From NCBI GenBank assembly GCA_013416795.1, contig RQSC01000004.1:488760-499455 (forward strand): a DNA stretch of 10,696 nt. The letters run 5' to 3'. Shown here piece after piece: positions 7,584 to 10,696 of the stretch; within the stretch, counting starts at the first letter, position 1; each line of letters opens with the position of its first letter. The notes beneath the pieces are model-generated. The model searched no databases, had not been told where the DNA came from, and saw only the letters and a list, made by a program, of their open reading frames with translations. The translations under genes were made by a program, and so were the position numbers. This stretch comes from Prasinococcaceae sp. CCMP 1430. Lineage: Eukaryota > Plantae > Prasinodermophyta.

Positions 7584-8627
7584 GGGCGCGCGAGCATGCG
7601 AGAGCAGCGCTCCGCTCCCCCACCCGACCCCCCGCGAGCCGCCGCCGCTCCGCCCGCGCACTCGCGCGTGCGTTTTTCGCGGTTCGCACGCGCGCGAAAT
7701 TCCAACCGCGAAAAAACTCGCGCGGGCGCGCTCTCGCGTCGCGCGCGCGCGAACCGCGGCGTCACGCCACGATCCGATTGGGGAACGCGCGCGCGGAATC
7801 GCGCGACGGCGCGCGCGGACCGGGGCCGGGGGGCTTAAGAGGGGGGGGTAGGGGGGGACGCCCCGACATTTCCGGCGTCCGAATATCCGGTCCGAAACGC
7901 ATTCGTGTGCGTCGATCGGCGGCGATCGGGCCGCTGGCGCGCCGCCGCTGCCGCGAAATCGCGGAATCGGCAGAAAAACGAGCAAATCGGCGGAGCGCCG
8001 GCGCGGGCCGACCGACGGCCCGGCCGAAAGCCGGGCGCGGGCGTTTTCCCGCCGCTTTTTCCTCTTCGTGTTTGGTTCGCAGATGCGCTGCCTGGCTCTT
8101 GATGGTCGCGCAGAACGCTTTGGATCTGCCCCGCTCTCAATCAAACTCAGCCGGATCGCGCCATTGCGCGCGCGCGCTCCGAAATTCTTTGTTCTTTTCC
8201 TTTTCCTTTTTTTTTTGCGCAATGCCATGATGAGACCCGCTCGCGCGCTCTGTTTTATTTTTTTATTTTTTTTGCGGGGCCACCAGCAGCATCCAACTCC
8301 AACTCGATCGTGGGAGGTGCCCAACCGACCGAACCCGGCCGAACCCCGAGTCACCCAGCAGCTCGGGAGGGAAGACCCCGGCCGGTTCCGGCACACATCC
8401 GCCCGACCAACTGAGACCAACAAACAGCACGCAAGCAAGACGAGCCAGCTTGCAAGGTTTGGTTGGCCGGTCAGTCAAGACTGACCCCCGGTTCGGCAGG
8501 CCTCTCGCTGGCCCGTCCCACCCATTCACCCACCCCCCTCCCCTGTCTGTTGATTGGAGGACGCAGCACCCCCACCTCCTGTCCCTATCTATCCGATCCG
8601 AGGTCGGGCCGGAATTCCGGCCGCGAA
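7584..8627. promoter_or_regulatory. divergent intergenic/promoter region between PLMT and KAS I
   Basis: The region sits between two head-to-head starts and has no codon-biased ORF. It contains poly(dT) tracts, G-runs, repeated CGCGAAA motifs and ATTGG (CCAAT) at 7777-7781 and 8553-8557. Promoter function is inferred from position only. Confidence 0.5.
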
Positions 8628-10061
8628 ATGTGTGGTGATGGCGCCGGCTGCCGCGCGCGATCGTGTTTTGTGGTGCGCGCGCGGCGCGGCAACCGACGGC
8701 ATTGTGAGCGTCCGGATGGTCGGTGCGCTTTCATCGGGGGCGATGGGGACGGAGGGAGAGGGAGAGGGAGAGGAGGGAGGGTAGCCGAGCCGCGCGACGC
8801 GTCGCAGCGCGTCGTCATCACCGGCACGGGCGTCGTGTCGTGCTTCGGAAACGACGTGGACGAGTTCTACGACGCGCTGCTCGAGGGGCGCTCGGGCGTC
8901 AAGGAGATCTCGCGCTTCGACGCCAGCGAGTTCCCCACCAAGTTCGCCGCGCAGATCGAGGGCTTCACCTCCGAGGGCTTCATCGACAGGAAGAACGATC
9001 GCCGCATGGACGACTGCATCCGCTACACGCTGGTGGCCTCCAAGAAGGCCATGCAGCAGGCGAAGATGTACACCGACGAGGAGCAGGAGGGCCTGGACAA
9101 GACGCGCGTGGGCGTGCTCGTGGGCAGCGGCATGGGCGGCCTGCAGGTCTTCCAGGACGGCGTCCAGGCGCTCGTGCAGAAGGGCCACAAGAAGATCACG
9201 CCCTTCTTCATCCCGTACGCCATCACCAACATGGGCTCGGCGATGGTCGCCATCGACCACGGCTTCATGGGCCCCAACTACTCGATCTCGACCGCGTGCG
9301 CGACCGCCAACTACTGCTTCACGGCGGCGGCCAACCACATCCGCAACGGCGAGGCCGACATCATCGTCGCCGGCGGCTCCGAGGCGCCCATCATCCCGGT
9401 GGGCCTCGGCGGCTTCGTGGCGTGCCGCGCGCTCTCCACCGCGCACGGCGGCGAGGCGGAGGTCACCACGGCCTCCAGGCCCTGGGACAAGAACCGCGAC
9501 GGCTTCGTGATGGGTGAGGGCGCTGGCGTGCTGGTGATGGAGTCGCTCGAGAGCGCGCAGAAGCGCGGCGCGAACATCATCTGCGAGTACATGGGCGGCA
9601 GCATCACGTGCGACGCGCACCACATGACCGACCCGCGCGCGGACGGCCTGGGCGTGGCGACGTGCATCAGGCAGGCGCTCGACGACGCGCGCATGGAGGC
9701 GTCGGACATCAACTACATCAACGCGCACGCCACCTCGACCCTCGTCGGCGACGTGGCCGAGGTGAACGCCGTGCGCCAGGTCTTCACCGACACCTCGAAC
9801 ATCAAGATGAACGCCACCAAGAGCATGATCGGCCACTGCCTGGGCGCGGCGGGCGGCATGGAGGCGCTCGCGTGCATCAAGGCCATCGAGACCGGCTACC
9901 TGCACCCCACGCTCAACCAGGACGACCTCGAGGAGTGCGTGGACGGCATCGACACGTGCGCGGGCGGCAAGGTGGAGCACGAGGTCACGGGCGCCATCTC
10001 CAACAGCTTCGGCTTCGGCGGCCACAACAGCGCGGTCATCTTCGCGCCCTTCAAGGAGTAA
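8628..10061 (+). CDS. KAS1: 3-oxoacyl-[ACP] synthase I, plastid type (N-terminus uncertain)
   Basis: RVVITGTGVVSCFGNDVDEFY, FFIPYAITNMG, MGPNYSISTACATANYCF (catalytic Cys at 9297-9299), CDAHHMTDPRADGLGV, NATKSMIGHCLGAAGG and SNSFGFGGHNS. IPYAITNMGS and DAHHMTDPRADG match plant KAS I as I remember it, rather than KAS II. Third codon positions are almost all G/C. The stop is TAA at 10059-10061. Confidence 0.93.
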   Translation: MCGDGAGCRARSCFVVRARRGNRRHCERPDGRCAFIGGDGDGGRGRGRGGRVAEPRDASQRVVITGTGVVSCFGNDVDEFYDALLEGRSGVKEISRFDASEFPTKFAAQIEGFTSEGFIDRKNDRRMDDCIRYTLVASKKAMQQAKMYTDEEQEGLDKTRVGVLVGSGMGGLQVFQDGVQALVQKGHKKITPFFIPYAITNMGSAMVAIDHGFMGPNYSISTACATANYCFTAAANHIRNGEADIIVAGGSEAPIIPVGLGGFVACRALSTAHGGEAEVTTASRPWDKNRDGFVMGEGAGVLVMESLESAQKRGANIICEYMGGSITCDAHHMTDPRADGLGVATCIRQALDDARMEASDINYINAHATSTLVGDVAEVNAVRQVFTDTSNIKMNATKSMIGHCLGAAGGMEALACIKAIETGYLHPTLNQDDLEECVDGIDTCAGGKVEHEVTGAISNSFGFGGHNSAVIFAPFKE

Positions 10062-10225
10062 GGGGGCCGATGTGCGCGAGCGCAATTGCGCGGGGCGGAC
10101 CGATCCATTTTTATTAAGAGGACGCGCGGTTCCCACCGATCGCGTGTCGTCGCGCCGACGGGTGGCGAGGGCGACGCTGCGGGTAGAAGAGGGGGTAGAG
10201 GAAGGTGTGCGTGCGTGTGGCGGAC

Positions 10226-10474
10226 CTTGATCGCGCACTGCGTGCACGCGCCCATGCGGCAGGCGAAGGGCAGCTCGTAGCCCTGCCTCTCGGCCTCCAT
10301 GAGCACGTAGCGGTCCTCGGGCACGTCCACCTCGAACACGGCGCCGTCGAGGTGCGACGTGATTTTGACCGTGTGCGTGGCCGCGGGGGCGTCCAAGACG
10401 CGCAGCATCTCGCCGTTCGGGCCCGTGTACCACTCCCCCGCCTCCGCCTCGGTGGGCGCGCTCATGTCGCGGTA
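10226..10474 (-). CDS. internal exon of an FdC2/Fed2-like [2Fe-2S] ferredoxin (partial; 5' exon probably outside the window, 3' half not found)
   Basis: THTVKITSHLDGAVFEVDVPEDRYVLMEAERQGYELPFACRMGACTQCAIK has C-x4-C-x2-C and the VPEDxYxL...LPFACR signature of FdC2/cyanobacterial Fed2. The acceptor TAG at 10477-10475 is the first AG after GCTGAC (10556-10551). A possible donor AAG|GTCCG lies at 10225. Confidence 0.8.
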
Positions 10475-10590
10475 CTAGTGTGCGCCGCGGCGCGGCGAGG
10501 CGGCGAGGCGGGCGGTGAGGGCGCGAGGGCGGGCGCGCGAGCAGGCGGGCGTCAGCGCACGCGGCGAGCATGTGTTTGCGCGCGCGCCCT

Positions 10591-10628
10591 CATGTGCGCA
10601 TGTGTGCGCATGTGTGTGTGTGCGCATG

Positions 10629-10696
<68 letters not shown>
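10591..10696. repeat. (GT)n microsatellite with degenerate CA(TG)nCG units at its left edge, running off the window end
   Basis: Pure (GT)30 at 10636-10695; unbroken pyrimidine/purine alternation from 10591. Confidence 0.97.

Noticed and set aside
5877-7838. 653-aa plus-strand ORF
   Set aside because: It runs through an intron, the intergenic gap, a microsatellite and the antisense of PLMT; an Arg-rich artefact of high GC.
8227-8414. Possible C/D-box snoRNA (ATGATGA at 8227, CTGA at 8411)
   Set aside because: The span is ~190 nt with long T-tracts inside, there is no terminal stem, and I could not identify a guide sequence.
8263-8529. Minus-strand RLACV peptide as the missing ferredoxin 3' exon, which would nest KAS I in an intron
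   Set aside because: The surrounding residues do not match the FdC2 C-terminus, and there is no coding-like codon bias.
7822-8545. Possible MITE bounded by G-rich and C-rich ends
   Set aside because: The ends share only homopolymer-level complementarity; no true terminal inverted repeat or target-site duplication was found.
8589-10571. 660-aa minus-strand ORF
   Set aside because: Antisense shadow of KAS I. Its first 35 codons resemble a transit peptide but are out of frame with the ferredoxin; an intron ending at 10475 explains the region more simply.
1-10696. CRISPR array, rRNA, tRNA or prokaryotic defence system
   Set aside because: No regularly spaced repeats, cloverleaf or rRNA motifs were found, and the window is intron-containing eukaryotic DNA.

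Overview
GC-rich eukaryotic nuclear DNA, most likely from a green alga (Viridiplantae). Support for this: spliceosomal GT(A/G)CG...CTGAC...AG introns, TGTAA poly(A)-like signals and green-lineage gene families; the species cannot be named from sequence alone. Six loci alternate in orientation (+ - + - + -): (1) a 3-exon MUT9-like/MLK casein kinase 1; (2) a poorly defined coiled-coil protein; (3) a 3-exon, unusually long (~625 aa) Cys/Met-metabolism PLP enzyme; (4) a 2-exon phospholipid N-methyltransferase (PLMT/PEMT family); (5) plastid beta-ketoacyl-ACP synthase I; (6) one exon of an FdC2/Fed2-like ferredoxin whose C-terminal half is not in the window. Several microsatellites are present and the window ends inside a (GT)n tract. 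No RNA gene, CRISPR array or mobile element could be supported, and I found no clearly novel multi-gene system. The best leads are the apparent partial internal duplication in the PLP enzyme and the ferredoxin lacking its fourth cysteine. Exon coordinates were worked out by hand, and family calls come from remembered motifs, not database searches.
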